IMG/VR virus record: IMGVR_UViG_3300050821_004356
Span: 1-64,000 of that record
Direction: 5' to 3' (one strand)
DNA: 64,000 bases
Origin: a virus
The translations under genes and the position numbers were made by a program. A model generated the notes under the pieces. That model saw only the letters and a program-made list of their open reading frames with translations. It did not search any database and was not told where the DNA came from. Shown here in pieces: positions 28,119 to 37,352 of this stretch. How positions within the stretch are numbered: the stretch's first letter is position 1; each line of letters starts with the position of its first letter.

Positions 28119-28248
28119 CTTCCTTGCCCCTTAATCTGGCTCATAATTTGCACAAGTTCGGCCACTTGTGCGGCGAGTTCTCGAAGGATGGCTTCCTGCC
28201 TATTCAGTACGGGTATGTAAAAATCGTCCTTTCGTATTTGTTCGGCTG

Positions 28249-29142
28249 TCATAGTGTGAACCCCAATCCGGCCTTTACGGCCCACTGCTTACGTGCTTGA
28301 ACATCGGGACCAAATTTAATGTACCGTTCTGAAATGTCGCTCGCCGCGTGACCGGTCCAAAACTTCATGAGCATGCGAGGGACGCCAACGGTTTCCAAAT
28401 ACGTTTCGCGGAAGCGACGCAAAGAGTGAAAGCCTGGGATTCCGACCTTTTCCAAGTGGCTGTACGCAGACATTTGGCGAACAACGCCGCCGTTAGCCGA
28501 GCGAAACAGAAGGCCGTCGGTGTGAGGGATATGTTTAGTCAGGAAGGCGTTCAATTCGGGGGTCAAGTCGACGATACGAGTACCAGCGATGGTTTTGGTG
28601 CTGTCCTGGGTGTGCCCCTTTACTATCGTTTTGGTGACGGAGAGGGTCATATTCTGGCGATCCCAGTCAGAAGCGGTCAGGGCGAGCGCCTCGCCCACGC
28701 GTAGCCCAGTTCCGGCTAGAAGAGCGTAAAGGGCTTTATCTTGTCCGGAAGCTTGTTTAATAGCCGCCTGGATGGCGCTAGGAGCGGCGCAGGGAGCTTT
28801 TTGTTCGGATTGCGATATAACAGGCAAATCAAGGAATTCAGAGTTCCAGGAGCGCTCGTAGAGCCTATTTCCGTTCGCGTCGACAGCAGAGGCCACTATT
28901 TGCTTTAAAACGTTGAAGGTGACGCTAATTGTGCTAGCGGATAGACCGTTTTCGGATAGTTTTTGAACAAAGGCCTTTACGAGCCCGTTATCAATTTCCG
29001 AAAGGTCCTTATGACCAAAGAAAGGCAAAAGCCACTTATCCAGTTTACATTGATAGGAAGCCACGGTAGCTGATGCCACTGGGTTGCGGCGACGGGTTTG
29101 AATCTGCGTCATGTACGTATCGGCTTGCTTTTTGAAATTCAT
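28249..29142 (-). CDS. int: Tyrosine recombinase/integrase
   Basis: TGLRVGEALAL, TKT, FHSLRR, TGH, ERY catalytic set; N-terminal core-binding domain. Confidence 0.9.
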   Translation of the reverse strand: MNFKKQADTYMTQIQTRRRNPVASATVASYQCKLDKWLLPFFGHKDLSEIDNGLVKAFVQKLSENGLSASTISVTFNVLKQIVASAVDANGNRLYERSWNSEFLDLPVISQSEQKAPCAAPSAIQAAIKQASGQDKALYALLAGTGLRVGEALALTASDWDRQNMTLSVTKTIVKGHTQDSTKTIAGTRIVDLTPELNAFLTKHIPHTDGLLFRSANGGVVRQMSAYSHLEKVGIPGFHSLRRFRETYLETVGVPRMLMKFWTGHAASDISERYIKFGPDVQARKQWAVKAGLGFTL

Positions 29143-29149
29143 AATAGAA

Positions 29150-29178
29150 ATCGTAACACAAACTACGATGCTTGTCAA
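29150..29178 (-). promoter_or_regulatory. Sigma70 promoter giving a leaderless integrase mRNA
   Basis: TTGACA-17-TACGAT with TGn; ATG 7 nt past the -10 box; no SD. Confidence 0.7.
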
Positions 29179-29181
29179 GCA

Positions 29182-29844
29182 CTATTTTTTATACCCTGCG
29201 TACTCTAACAAGGGACCCATCATACGGATGCCTCGCAACGCGGTATTGCAATCGTGGCACAGCCAACCTCTGAATAGTCCGGTTTCGGGGTCGTGGTCAT
29301 AATGCCACCAGCCGACACCGCGTGGTTCTTTGGGATGCAGACACCCTTTGTTCCAACAACGTGGGTTTAAAATCTGCTCAGCCATCAGCGTACGAGTCTC
29401 AGCAACTCGATCATCCGACATATTGTGGTGTCTCGACATTCTACCTAATCGGCAATCGTTATAGTGGCCCCAAGCCGACGCAGTAAACCAGTCTCGACTA
29501 TGAAGCAAACGACAAAAATTACACCATTGCAAACCGTCCTCATTAATAAAACCGTCGGGTACTCTACCTATTCCCCAATATCTCCCACGACTTCCATTCT
29601 CTGTGGGTTTTAATTTTTTCCAAGCAGCATACCAATTACATATCGGTATATACAAAGCATAACCGCAAACATGGGTTGCATGAACAGTCTGCCCATTTCC
29701 TTGGTAGTCTTTTGGTATATCGTTAGGTTTAAGTATGTCCGAGACTGTCCATTCTGAGGATAATCCAGGGAGCTTTTTCAAATCGTTAAGGCGCGATGCC
29801 CCTTCCTCAATCTGTCTTGTTTTTACGCCTCGCGATTTTGCCAA
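29182..29844 (-). CDS. Endonuclease VII-type (beta-beta-alpha-Me) homing endonuclease
   Basis: WCNFC...DC, C-terminal YDHDPETGLFRGWLCHDCNTAL. Confidence 0.8.
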   Translation of the reverse strand: MAKSRGVKTRQIEEGASRLNDLKKLPGLSSEWTVSDILKPNDIPKDYQGNGQTVHATHVCGYALYIPICNWYAAWKKLKPTENGSRGRYWGIGRVPDGFINEDGLQWCNFCRLLHSRDWFTASAWGHYNDCRLGRMSRHHNMSDDRVAETRTLMAEQILNPRCWNKGCLHPKEPRGVGWWHYDHDPETGLFRGWLCHDCNTALRGIRMMGPLLEYAGYKK

Positions 29845-29859
29845 GGTTAGTTTCTCCTA

Positions 29860-29995
29860 AAATTTGTGCGTGCTTTATATCATTCTTACTAGAGTTCCCA
29901 CGCACGGTATATAGCAACACGGGTTACAGCCCTGTGCTCGGTAACAAGCTAGCCGCTATTTACCTATCTCTAGATCAGCCGGTAGCTATCCGGCA
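29860..29995 (-). ncRNA. Candidate structured RNA leader upstream of the EndoVII gene
   Basis: Nested helices whose G-U pairs are consistent with the minus strand; complementary loops GUUAC/GUAAC. Confidence 0.35.
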
Positions 29996-30014
29996 ACATC
30001 GTTAAAAAGGAATG

Positions 30015-30686
30015 TCAGTATAATCCACCTTTGGCAACGGCTCTAAATCGTCTTGAAGTTTTTCTCTCGGTTTGCTCAACAGGTTCATCCAAATTCACCA
30101 ACTCGGCGTTTGTTTGGTAGTCCGCGTATTCGCTGATGGTTGCAACCACGCCCTCTTCTCCCAGTTTGAAAACGGCTTTGTCTTTAAGTTTTTCGCTCTC
30201 GGACTGTTTGGCTAATTCGAGCTCCACCATCTTTTTAAGCAGCGCGGTAGCCATAGCATCTTTCATTTCTTCATCTGCTTGCTTGTGTTCAGGTCCGTCT
30301 AAATTGAATGCGGAATAGTTTTCTTCTTCAGGCGTGTATTCGCCGAGAGAGCCTGTGGGGTATGACACTTCAGCCTCTTTTTGCTCCGGAACCCTATCTG
30401 CCCCATAAGCTACGAGCGCCGAAGTAGGCTTAGCTCTGTGAACGCCTTGTTTTGCCCTGTCGATGTAAATCGATGGATTCACGCTTCCGAGCTCGTTAAC
30501 TTGCTGCGGAGCACCCTCTGTTTGTTCCTGTGCGGGAATACTTACCTGTTCTGTGACCGCTTCGAGTGCAGATTGTTCCTGTTCGGTAACATCTTTCGGA
30601 AGCGGTACTAATTCGACGAATTTTCCATCGACCACCACTCGGCGATCCTGCCTCGGGCTGCGCTGCCAATTGTTCATCCAACTCAT
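30015..30686 (-). CDS. Hypothetical acidic protein
   Basis: 223-aa ORF, coupled. Confidence 0.6.
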   Translation of the reverse strand: MSWMNNWQRSPRQDRRVVVDGKFVELVPLPKDVTEQEQSALEAVTEQVSIPAQEQTEGAPQQVNELGSVNPSIYIDRAKQGVHRAKPTSALVAYGADRVPEQKEAEVSYPTGSLGEYTPEEENYSAFNLDGPEHKQADEEMKDAMATALLKKMVELELAKQSESEKLKDKAVFKLGEEGVVATISEYADYQTNAELVNLDEPVEQTERKTSRRFRAVAKGGLY

Positions 30687-30859
30687 ACTTGCCTCCAGTG
30701 CGTAGGTTCGTAATACACATACATGCTCATATCTTCAAAAAACCACAAGCGGTCTTGACGTATCAGTTTAACTTCGTTTCGAACACCGCGACCGTCGTCA
30801 ATCTTGGTCTCTACAACTTTGCCGTCAGGGGCGGTCGAAATCGGTTGCCAGTCGCTCAT
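30683..30859 (-). CDS. DUF551-like small protein
   Basis: MSDWQPISTAP...PTHWR signature. Confidence 0.65.
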   Translation of the reverse strand: MSDWQPISTAPDGKVVETKIDDGRGVRNEVKLIRQDRLWFFEDMSMYVYYEPTHWRQV

Positions 30860-31059
30860 TTAACCCCCAATGCGCGACGTAACGCGCCCTTTGCTTCCTC
30901 GCGACCTTGCTCGATTGCACCTAGTATGATCATCGCCGTTTCGTAATCTATTTCTTTTTCAACCCAGCCGCCGAACGAAACAGGTTCTCGATACCGCAAG
31001 CGGTAAATTAAAGCTACCCCATCGTCTGTCTTTACTTCTATTGACGTTTTGTAAGCCAT
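30856..31059 (-). CDS. Hypothetical protein
   Basis: Start MAYKTSIEV overlaps the previous stop. Confidence 0.55.
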   Translation of the reverse strand: MAYKTSIEVKTDDGVALIYRLRYREPVSFGGWVEKEIDYETAMIILGAIEQGREEAKGALRRALGVK

Positions 31060-31490
31060 CAGATTAGTCCGTCTAACGCGCCCTTTTTGAAGAGCATCGT
31101 CATGCAATTTTGAAACTCGGGGCCGTGGAATAAATCTATATCGCGAGTCGCAACGTGGCACATTTCGTGATACAAGGTCTCCTGGGTCGTGGCTGGCGCA
31201 ACGTTCACGTACGGGTCCAAGCGGATGCGGCAGCCTTGCTCGTTGCAAATCGTATCGCCCATCGCCTTAGCGTACCGCAAATTGGCCCAAACAATTTCAA
31301 TTTGCGAACCCTTGGGAAGCTGGTCGTCGAAGTAGTCCTTGTTTGCTTCCAGGTACCATTTTAAAAGCTGCACCTGAGAGACGCCTCCTGTGATAGGGCC
31401 GTCGGTTTTCTCTCGCGCAACATGCTGAGTAGTCCAAAAATAAGCGAATGCTAGGAGAATGGTCAACAAGATTTTAGTTCTCAATCGCAT
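31059..31490 (-). CDS. SprT-like Zn metalloprotease with N-terminal membrane anchor
   Basis: N..YF...L, TLYHEMCH, HGPEF; hydrophobic N-terminus. Confidence 0.8.
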   Translation of the reverse strand: MRLRTKILLTILLAFAYFWTTQHVAREKTDGPITGGVSQVQLLKWYLEANKDYFDDQLPKGSQIEIVWANLRYAKAMGDTICNEQGCRIRLDPYVNVAPATTQETLYHEMCHVATRDIDLFHGPEFQNCMTMLFKKGALDGLI

Positions 31491-31779
31491 TAGCTTCCTT
31501 TAACAATTTTCGTAAGATACCGATAGCCTCGGTAAAATCTTCGACCGGGCTCGCGTCACTTGAATACGGGTCGGTCGTTGCGGTCCAGAGTTGTCCAGCG
31601 TATTCCTCCAAACGTTCGTCGCTAATCACCGGCTTGTGCAGCCAAGCGAATGCCTTCTTGATAGTCTCTGAAATTTCTTTCTCTGTCATACCGGCATCCA
31701 ACATGTCTTGGCGCATGTTTTCGCCTGCGCGACGGCTGATATCCTCCCCAGCTTTGAGTATTTTTGGATCAATTGCCAT
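31474..31779 (-). CDS. Hypothetical protein
   Basis: SD GGAGG; coupled. Confidence 0.6.
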   Translation of the reverse strand: MAIDPKILKAGEDISRRAGENMRQDMLDAGMTEKEISETIKKAFAWLHKPVISDERLEEYAGQLWTATTDPYSSDASPVEDFTEAIGILRKLLKEANAIEN

Positions 31780-32217
31780 TTAAATTTCCTCCGGTCGCTT
31801 CAAAATCACATCAGCTAAGGTTGGAAATAATTTTGCGAGTTCTCGACGCGTGACAACTCCGTTTGGGTAAGCGTCGTCGAGTCGAGTTTGCTCTTCTTGC
31901 CACCTAATTTTCTTGCCTCTTGCTGCTGTTTCTTCGCTGGCTGGGAGAACATTTTCTACTTGACCCATTGAGATCGTATCAACGCGGTTATCGCTTTTTC
32001 CGTAACGAGGCATCCAAGTTCCGATGACGAATCGACCGTTGTAACCAAAGGATTTTCCAGCCTTAAATTTTGTTAAGTCTTCCAACGGATCGCTGGTTTG
32101 AAGACAGCCTCGGTCGTCTAACCACGGCGTTTCGTATTCGGTAAAAACGCGCAAAGGATAAGTAATCTCTACAGTTTTTCCGCTCTTTAACACTAGTACT
32201 ATATTGGTATCTTCCAT
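31780..32217 (-). CDS. Hypothetical protein flanked by 18-nt direct repeats
   Basis: TTAAATTTCCTCCGGTCG at 31780-31797 and 32217-32234. Confidence 0.65.
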   Translation of the reverse strand: MEDTNIVLVLKSGKTVEITYPLRVFTEYETPWLDDRGCLQTSDPLEDLTKFKAGKSFGYNGRFVIGTWMPRYGKSDNRVDTISMGQVENVLPASEETAARGKKIRWQEEQTRLDDAYPNGVVTRRELAKLFPTLADVILKRPEEI

Positions 32218-32864
32218 TAAATTTCCTCCGGTCGAAGCGCGCGAAACCAGACTTCGGGGATCGAATAATTTCCCTCTTTGCCGTTGTGGCTGTAGCAGAA
32301 AGGCGACCCCTTTGGAAAATTGCTGGTGGTGAATTGCGTGATTCGCACGACAGCTTTATCTATCCGATAAGGTTCGCCGTTTACGGAATCCCATTTGGGA
32401 TTATTAGTCAAAGCCATAACGAACTGTCCGACGCGAAACTTCGGCTTGGCGGGCACGGGAACGGGTCTGTCGAGACCGCTACCCCAGAAATTATTCGGGT
32501 TTATGAAATGCTTTCCGAGATCGTAATAAAGGTTCTCGCCCATCCTTCGCACGAGCTCGTCGTAACGCACTTGAATATCGTCTCGTTGCAATTTTAAACC
32601 GTCGATGCGGGAGCGCCAGGTCTCGGATATATCGTTCAAGCGGATTATTTCGAGTCCTAACCTATTATTTTCTGCTGCAATACTACCGTAGCTCTTCTGT
32701 CCACCGCGCGCCTCGTCTTCCAGCGCCACAGCGAGGTCGTTCTTCTCTTTCAGCGCTTGCGCCAAGTGCTTCGATTGGGTTTGAGATATACCGCTGAGAC
32801 GAACAATCTCATCAAGTAAGTCATTGCGAGACCAAGTGCTATCGATATGAGTTTTCATTGGCAA
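32217..32864 (-). CDS. Hypothetical coiled-coil protein with C-terminal SH3/KOW-like segment
   Basis: Heptad region followed by PKFRVGQFV. Confidence 0.55.
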   Translation of the reverse strand: MPMKTHIDSTWSRNDLLDEIVRLSGISQTQSKHLAQALKEKNDLAVALEDEARGGQKSYGSIAAENNRLGLEIIRLNDISETWRSRIDGLKLQRDDIQVRYDELVRRMGENLYYDLGKHFINPNNFWGSGLDRPVPVPAKPKFRVGQFVMALTNNPKWDSVNGEPYRIDKAVVRITQFTTSNFPKGSPFCYSHNGKEGNYSIPEVWFRALRPEEI

Positions 32865-33121
32865 ACCTCACACATAGACCCGCCGTATCTACATTCTGGG
32901 CAGATAGGCTGTAATCCCGGAATACTATAGGGAATTGACGCTACGGGCTGTTTTTCTTTTGACGGCGTATGATGCCCATCCAAGCAATACTGGACACACT
33001 CGATTGCCACTTTGGGATATCCTCCAGCGAAGTTGCTGCTGGCGTTAGATTTGCACTGTGCGCAAATTTTGAAATGCTTCATCAGTTCGTGTGCTGCCGT
33101 ATACCAACGGTCCAAAGTCAT
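32855..33121 (-). CDS. Cys-rich hypothetical protein
   Basis: Multiple CxxC motifs. Confidence 0.5.
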   Translation of the reverse strand: MTLDRWYTAAHELMKHFKICAQCKSNASSNFAGGYPKVAIECVQYCLDGHHTPSKEKQPVASIPYSIPGLQPICPECRYGGSMCEVCQ

Positions 33122-33216
33122 TGTATTCTCCTCACATTCCTGTCAGTGTCCAACCTAATGCCCAAACAATTATGGTACTGATAATGACGGCATCAATCAC
33201 CGCTATCGTTATCTTT

Positions 33217-33672
33217 TCATTCCTCGTCATCTTCGGTAGCTGTAGTCGCTGGCTGAAGTTCAGTATTCTCATAGGAATTCACCTTATCATCATTCTCAAG
33301 ACTTGTCAAGTGATTTTTTACAGTTTCTAAGCCGACGCAATACTCGGCCAAGGCGTTATACGCTTCATCATATGTCGAAAAAGGACCGTTCTCCAAGGCC
33401 CATGTTTCTTCGTAGAACCAAAACGTGCCGTCCGCGTGTTCATGCAGTGGATCGGGGCCGCCCTCGAAGTTACAAACCGGTTTGCTTTTGTCGCGCAACA
33501 AGTCGGCATCGGCCAAGACGCCGAGCGGCTTCACTAGCATCAATTCCATATTGGTGGATTTACCCCTGCGATAGACGACCACCTTTTCGCTGTTTAAATT
33601 TTGAGGCAGTGCTTCGCCGTCAGCTAAGATAACATGGGCTACAATGCCGCCCTGGCCTTTAGCTACTACCAT
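33217..33672 (-). CDS. Hypothetical protein
   Basis: 151 aa; overlaps the BCS1-like stop. Confidence 0.55.
   Translation of the reverse strand: MVVAKGQGGIVAHVILADGEALPQNLNSEKVVVYRRGKSTNMELMLVKPLGVLADADLLRDKSKPVCNFEGGPDPLHEHADGTFWFYEETWALENGPFSTYDEAYNALAEYCVGLETVKNHLTSLENDDKVNSYENTELQPATTATEDDEE
33281..33309 (-). promoter_or_regulatory. Sigma70 promoter
   Basis: TTGACA-17-TAAGGT with TGn; ATG at 33272 of a small membrane ORF lies 8 nt downstream. Confidence 0.55.
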
Positions 33673-34870
33673 TATTTTTCTCCCTCTTTTCGACCATCAA
33701 AGCCTGCTGTAAATCAGCTATCGTCATACGCTTATCAAGGTATTTCTGTGGGCAGGTGCCTTCGAAGAAGCGGCTGTACAACGTTTGTTTTTGCTTGTCG
33801 TTGGCATACGTGATACATAGTTGTAAGTCAACTCTGCCTGGGCGGATCAAAGCGGTGTCTAAACTCTCTTTGTGGTTCGTGGTCAGGATGAAGATCGCGC
33901 CGTATGGGGACAACAGACCGTCCATAACGTTCAAAAGACCGGATAACGTAACACCGTTTTTATCTTTTGATGCTTTTGTCTTTTTCGTGCGGCTATGTGA
34001 TGCGTGAACCCCGTCGACATCTTCGACAATTATGAACGAGTTCGGTTCGACAGTCTTGGATGACTCCATCAAAGATGTATCGGTCATATCCGCTAATTTC
34101 AAAATATAAATATTGGCATTGAATTTTGCCGACAACCCCGCCACCAAACTAGTTTTGCCCGTCCCCGGAGGCCCATAGAACAAAAATCCCTTGCGGTATG
34201 GTATACCCATTTCCGCATACCATTCTTTTTTGGCTTTAAACTCGACGATTTCTTGTATTACTTGATCCTTGTCTTCTTCGGGCAAAATAACAGTGTTGAT
34301 CCCACGGGGCTGAAAAGCGTGAATCTCCTGCCATTCACCCCAAGAACCCCAAGCATAAAGTTCAGGTTTCTTTTCTTCTTGCTTGACGAACTGATTAAAA
34401 ACATCGTCCATTAATTTTCGAAATATATCCTGCTTCCGGCCTAATGTCTTTAGTGTTATACTCTCCGAACGAGTAGTCATGGATATACCGCCCGCCATTT
34501 TAGCTTTCTCTTCCGAACGAAAAAATGTTGCAGACAGAACTCTCCCTCGGTAAAGCATCCAATGATGACCAGGTGCTGGAACAACTGCGTACGACCGCGC
34601 GCCTTTGTTGTATACATCCAGGTGTCGGGTACGTTTCATAATGCGTTGGTTTTCCAACCACAGTTTAGTCCAATAGTATGCTTTTTGGTCGTCGGTGACC
34701 GTTATGGTTACGGTTGTTTGATGGACTATCCAGGCCCAAATTTTAGCCGGTATAGAACGAAGCGCCGCAATAACGCTGCCAAGGGCCATTAATAAAATGC
34801 CGCCGCTCGCGAACTGATTCGGATTGTGCAAAATAGATGTGTAAACCGCGTGAAGAAGCTCTCGTATCAC
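33659..34870 (-). CDS. BCS1-like membrane-anchored AAA+ ATPase
   Basis: N-terminal TM (NQFASGGILLMALG), BCS1_N-like VPAPGHHW, GIPYRKGFLFYGPPGTGKTS, VEDVD, VTLSGLLNVMDG, ALIRPGRVD. Confidence 0.85.
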   Translation of the reverse strand: MIRELLHAVYTSILHNPNQFASGGILLMALGSVIAALRSIPAKIWAWIVHQTTVTITVTDDQKAYYWTKLWLENQRIMKRTRHLDVYNKGARSYAVVPAPGHHWMLYRGRVLSATFFRSEEKAKMAGGISMTTRSESITLKTLGRKQDIFRKLMDDVFNQFVKQEEKKPELYAWGSWGEWQEIHAFQPRGINTVILPEEDKDQVIQEIVEFKAKKEWYAEMGIPYRKGFLFYGPPGTGKTSLVAGLSAKFNANIYILKLADMTDTSLMESSKTVEPNSFIIVEDVDGVHASHSRTKKTKASKDKNGVTLSGLLNVMDGLLSPYGAIFILTTNHKESLDTALIRPGRVDLQLCITYANDKQKQTLYSRFFEGTCPQKYLDKRMTIADLQQALMVEKREKNNGSS

Positions 34871-35058
34871 TTTGCCCCCACTGGAATAGGTTCTGCCAAT
34901 CTCTCAACGACATCGGCCGTGTGCCGCAATCTGTGACCGTTACTCAAAATGATATAGTACCACAAGCCGCCTTCGGTCTTCTTCGCTAAGAACACGCTAG
35001 TCGGGTCGGCCTTCATTCGCCAGCTTGTGTAGCCTTTGTCTATTCGTACCAGGCTCAT
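34867..35058 (-). CDS. Hypothetical protein
   Basis: Coupled ORF. Confidence 0.5.
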   Translation of the reverse strand: MSLVRIDKGYTSWRMKADPTSVFLAKKTEGGLWYYIILSNGHRLRHTADVVERLAEPIPVGAK

Positions 35059-35342
35059 ACCAAATAGCTGTTCAACTTTCCGGGTCCGACTTGATCCTTC
35101 CGACGAGACTCGATCTTCGTGTTGTCTAAAACAATGGCAAGAGCCGCTGCCAACGCATTGTCGAGGCCCGCATGCGTTTTCTTTTTGATGTCGCCAAAGT
35201 CGACGCCGCCCATCACGAAACCCTTGCCCGCGTATGGCTTGTTAGCCGCGCGCTTCAGTTCTGCACGAAGCTGGCGGTGCGACATCGTTTCGACCGCTTG
35301 TGGAACCACAGCCTCTACTGCGACTTTCTTTTCGTCAGACAT
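35055..35342 (-). CDS. Hypothetical protein
   Basis: Likely start MSDEKK after SD AAAGG. Confidence 0.5.
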   Translation of the reverse strand: MSDEKKVAVEAVVPQAVETMSHRQLRAELKRAANKPYAGKGFVMGGVDFGDIKKKTHAGLDNALAAALAIVLDNTKIESRRKDQVGPGKLNSYLV

Positions 35343-35466
35343 GATTACCAAACCTTTCTCAGGAAATGAATAGCGATGAAAGCAATTGTACCCCACGCAA
35401 TCAACCAAATTAAAAGCATCACAACCGTTCCTACGGCACTAAATTTAATAATGTTCATGTTTCCTC

Positions 35467-35754
35467 CTAGAAATTTTCTGCTTTCGGATGCGCGACCGAC
35501 CAGGTCGAACGGTACGCTGGCCTAACTCGGTAGTTGTGAACGTCTACGCCGTTGTGTAAGCGATTTTTACCAGCGTAATTTGGTAGCTCCTGGGTCAACT
35601 GTTTCCCGTCTTCACCGAGCACCGGCTCGACGCCACTAAACTTTACGGCTTGCCGTTCAAACGGATCATCGCTTGTGCGAAGCGCTTGAAACAATCTATC
35701 ACGTTGGGCCTTGTCGGTCGATGTGTAAACTTCGTATTCGTGTTTTGGGTTCAT
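35467..35754 (-). CDS. Hypothetical protein
   Basis: Coupled ORF. Confidence 0.55.
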   Translation of the reverse strand: MNPKHEYEVYTSTDKAQRDRLFQALRTSDDPFERQAVKFSGVEPVLGEDGKQLTQELPNYAGKNRLHNGVDVHNYRVRPAYRSTWSVAHPKAENF

Positions 35755-35969
35755 TGGCGATCATCCTTGTGTAGCTTCAAAAACTCGATAACTTCTTGCG
35801 TGCAAGCGATATCGAAAATTATACCTGCATTTGCCATACTCCAGGTGTATTTGCGCCACGGAGCGTAGTACTGGATAAAACCGAGTAAATCGTCACTGGT
35901 TGATTTTATCAGCCAGCGCTTTGTAAGCTTGCCAGGATTGGGAGATTCTAGGAATTTCAGAAAGTTCAT
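35751..35969 (-). CDS. Hypothetical protein
   Basis: Coupled ORF. Confidence 0.55.
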   Translation of the reverse strand: MNFLKFLESPNPGKLTKRWLIKSTSDDLLGFIQYYAPWRKYTWSMANAGIIFDIACTQEVIEFLKLHKDDRQ

Positions 35970-36160
35970 GCGAGCCTCAAATCCTTGATATCGTGGGTAG
36001 CCTTTTCTGCAAATCCGACTGGGCCGCCTTTGTCGAATTTAACAGCTAGGTTAGTGGAACCACGGCGGGAGTGCCATACGTCGACGACTGTGCCCAGGCC
36101 GTATTTAGGATGCTTGATTCTTTGCGAAACGCTTAGCTTTACCGGTTTATTCGTCGACAT
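35966..36160 (-). CDS. Small Tudor-like protein (PcrA C-terminal-like)
   Basis: QRIKHPKYGLGTVV...VKF motif. Confidence 0.6.
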   Translation of the reverse strand: MSTNKPVKLSVSQRIKHPKYGLGTVVDVWHSRRGSTNLAVKFDKGGPVGFAEKATHDIKDLRLA

Positions 36161-36479
36161 TGTTTTCTCCTAATGGTACGCGTTCTGCACCTTGACATAC
36201 CCAATAAAACAACAAAGAACAAGCGAGAGGATAATCCGTATTCATGAGCCGTCCGTCTTCCGACGTTACTATAGACGTCTCCTCGCTAAATTGCACGACG
36301 TATTTACCTGGTGGCAGTTTCTGTTCGTCAGTCAGTTTCACGATAGCACCAACGTCATCAAATACGCGCCACCTAGTAACCCGAAGAACAACACGGTGCC
36401 CAACAACATGCCTAATTCTATGCTCGTCATTTGCCAAACGGCGGGTAAATTAGTGCAGCTACAAAAGCCGTGTGTTTCC

Positions 36480-36740
36480 CTAGTCAGTTTCAAGGTCGCC
36501 GCCTTCTTCGTCGTCTTCATCGCCGTGATACTCATCGTCGTAGTAGTAGACCTCGGATGGTTCCAAGATAACTGCGCCGCAATCGTCGCAAGCCAGCCCA
36601 TGTTCTTCGAAATCAGATGCCACCGTTGATTCGAGAATTTGGTCGGATACCGGCAACTTTCGTTTGTCGCCGCAATTGACGCACACGATACCGCCATCAG
36701 TAAGATAGCCAGCAGGTGTGAAATATTCGCTCGACATCAT
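36480..36740 (-). CDS. Zn-ribbon acidic protein
   Basis: CVNC...CDDC; acidic tail; SD GGAGG. Confidence 0.55.
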   Translation of the reverse strand: MMSSEYFTPAGYLTDGGIVCVNCGDKRKLPVSDQILESTVASDFEEHGLACDDCGAVILEPSEVYYYDDEYHGDEDDEEGGDLETD

Positions 36741-36889
36741 AATCTATCCTCCAAAGGTTTAGAATGCTTCGGTGCCTTATTGCGCTTGTCCTCGATCTTG
36801 CGCGTTGCACCCGGCTTTGCGGCCTGGTTACGGGCTGCGCGGCGGGCTTCGATTGCCTTATCGAATTGGCGCTTGTATCTCACAAAGAC

Positions 36890-36918
36890 AGCCTACCACG
36901 AGCTCAATCCGATGTCAA
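36890..36918 (-). promoter_or_regulatory. Sigma70 promoter (leaderless GTG ORF 36883-36737)
   Basis: TTGACA-17-TAGGCT with TGn. Confidence 0.6.
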
Positions 36919-37009
36919 GACTTATTTTTCGGAGGGCCGATGACGTAAAGCGCGGCCACTTCGAGTAAGAGCACGACTGCTACAACCACAACCAATCGTA
37001 GTAAATCAG

Positions 37010-37300
37010 TCATAGTTTTCCTGCCTCCCTCGCCAACCTGGCGTTTTCCATACGCTTGCGATAAACCCTATCCATAATCCAATTGGTACTTTCGATAGCT
37101 GCGTCTTCCGACAGCTTATGATCAACGCGTAGATGAATAATCAGCCTTAGATGGTATCGGACTTGTAGAAGTCGATGGCAGTCTACGCACCGAGCTACTT
37201 CTTCTCCTGCGTGTCGATCTACTTCTATTACCGGGAGTGGCTTTGAAAGCCACTTCTCACACGCTCTTACCCACTCCCATTCACGAATCAAGCTCAACAT
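37010..37300 (-). CDS. Hypothetical C2H2-like Zn-finger protein
   Basis: CVDC...HL...H. Confidence 0.55.
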   Translation of the reverse strand: MLSLIREWEWVRACEKWLSKPLPVIEVDRHAGEEVARCVDCHRLLQVRYHLRLIIHLRVDHKLSEDAAIESTNWIMDRVYRKRMENARLAREAGKL

Positions 37301-37323
37301 GTCCCTGTGTAACCTCTACCTAG

Positions 37324-37352
37324 ACCGTATCATTCTTACGTCCCTTTGTCAA
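37324..37352 (-). promoter_or_regulatory. Sigma70 promoter
   Basis: TTGACA-17-TACGGT with TGn. Confidence 0.55.
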
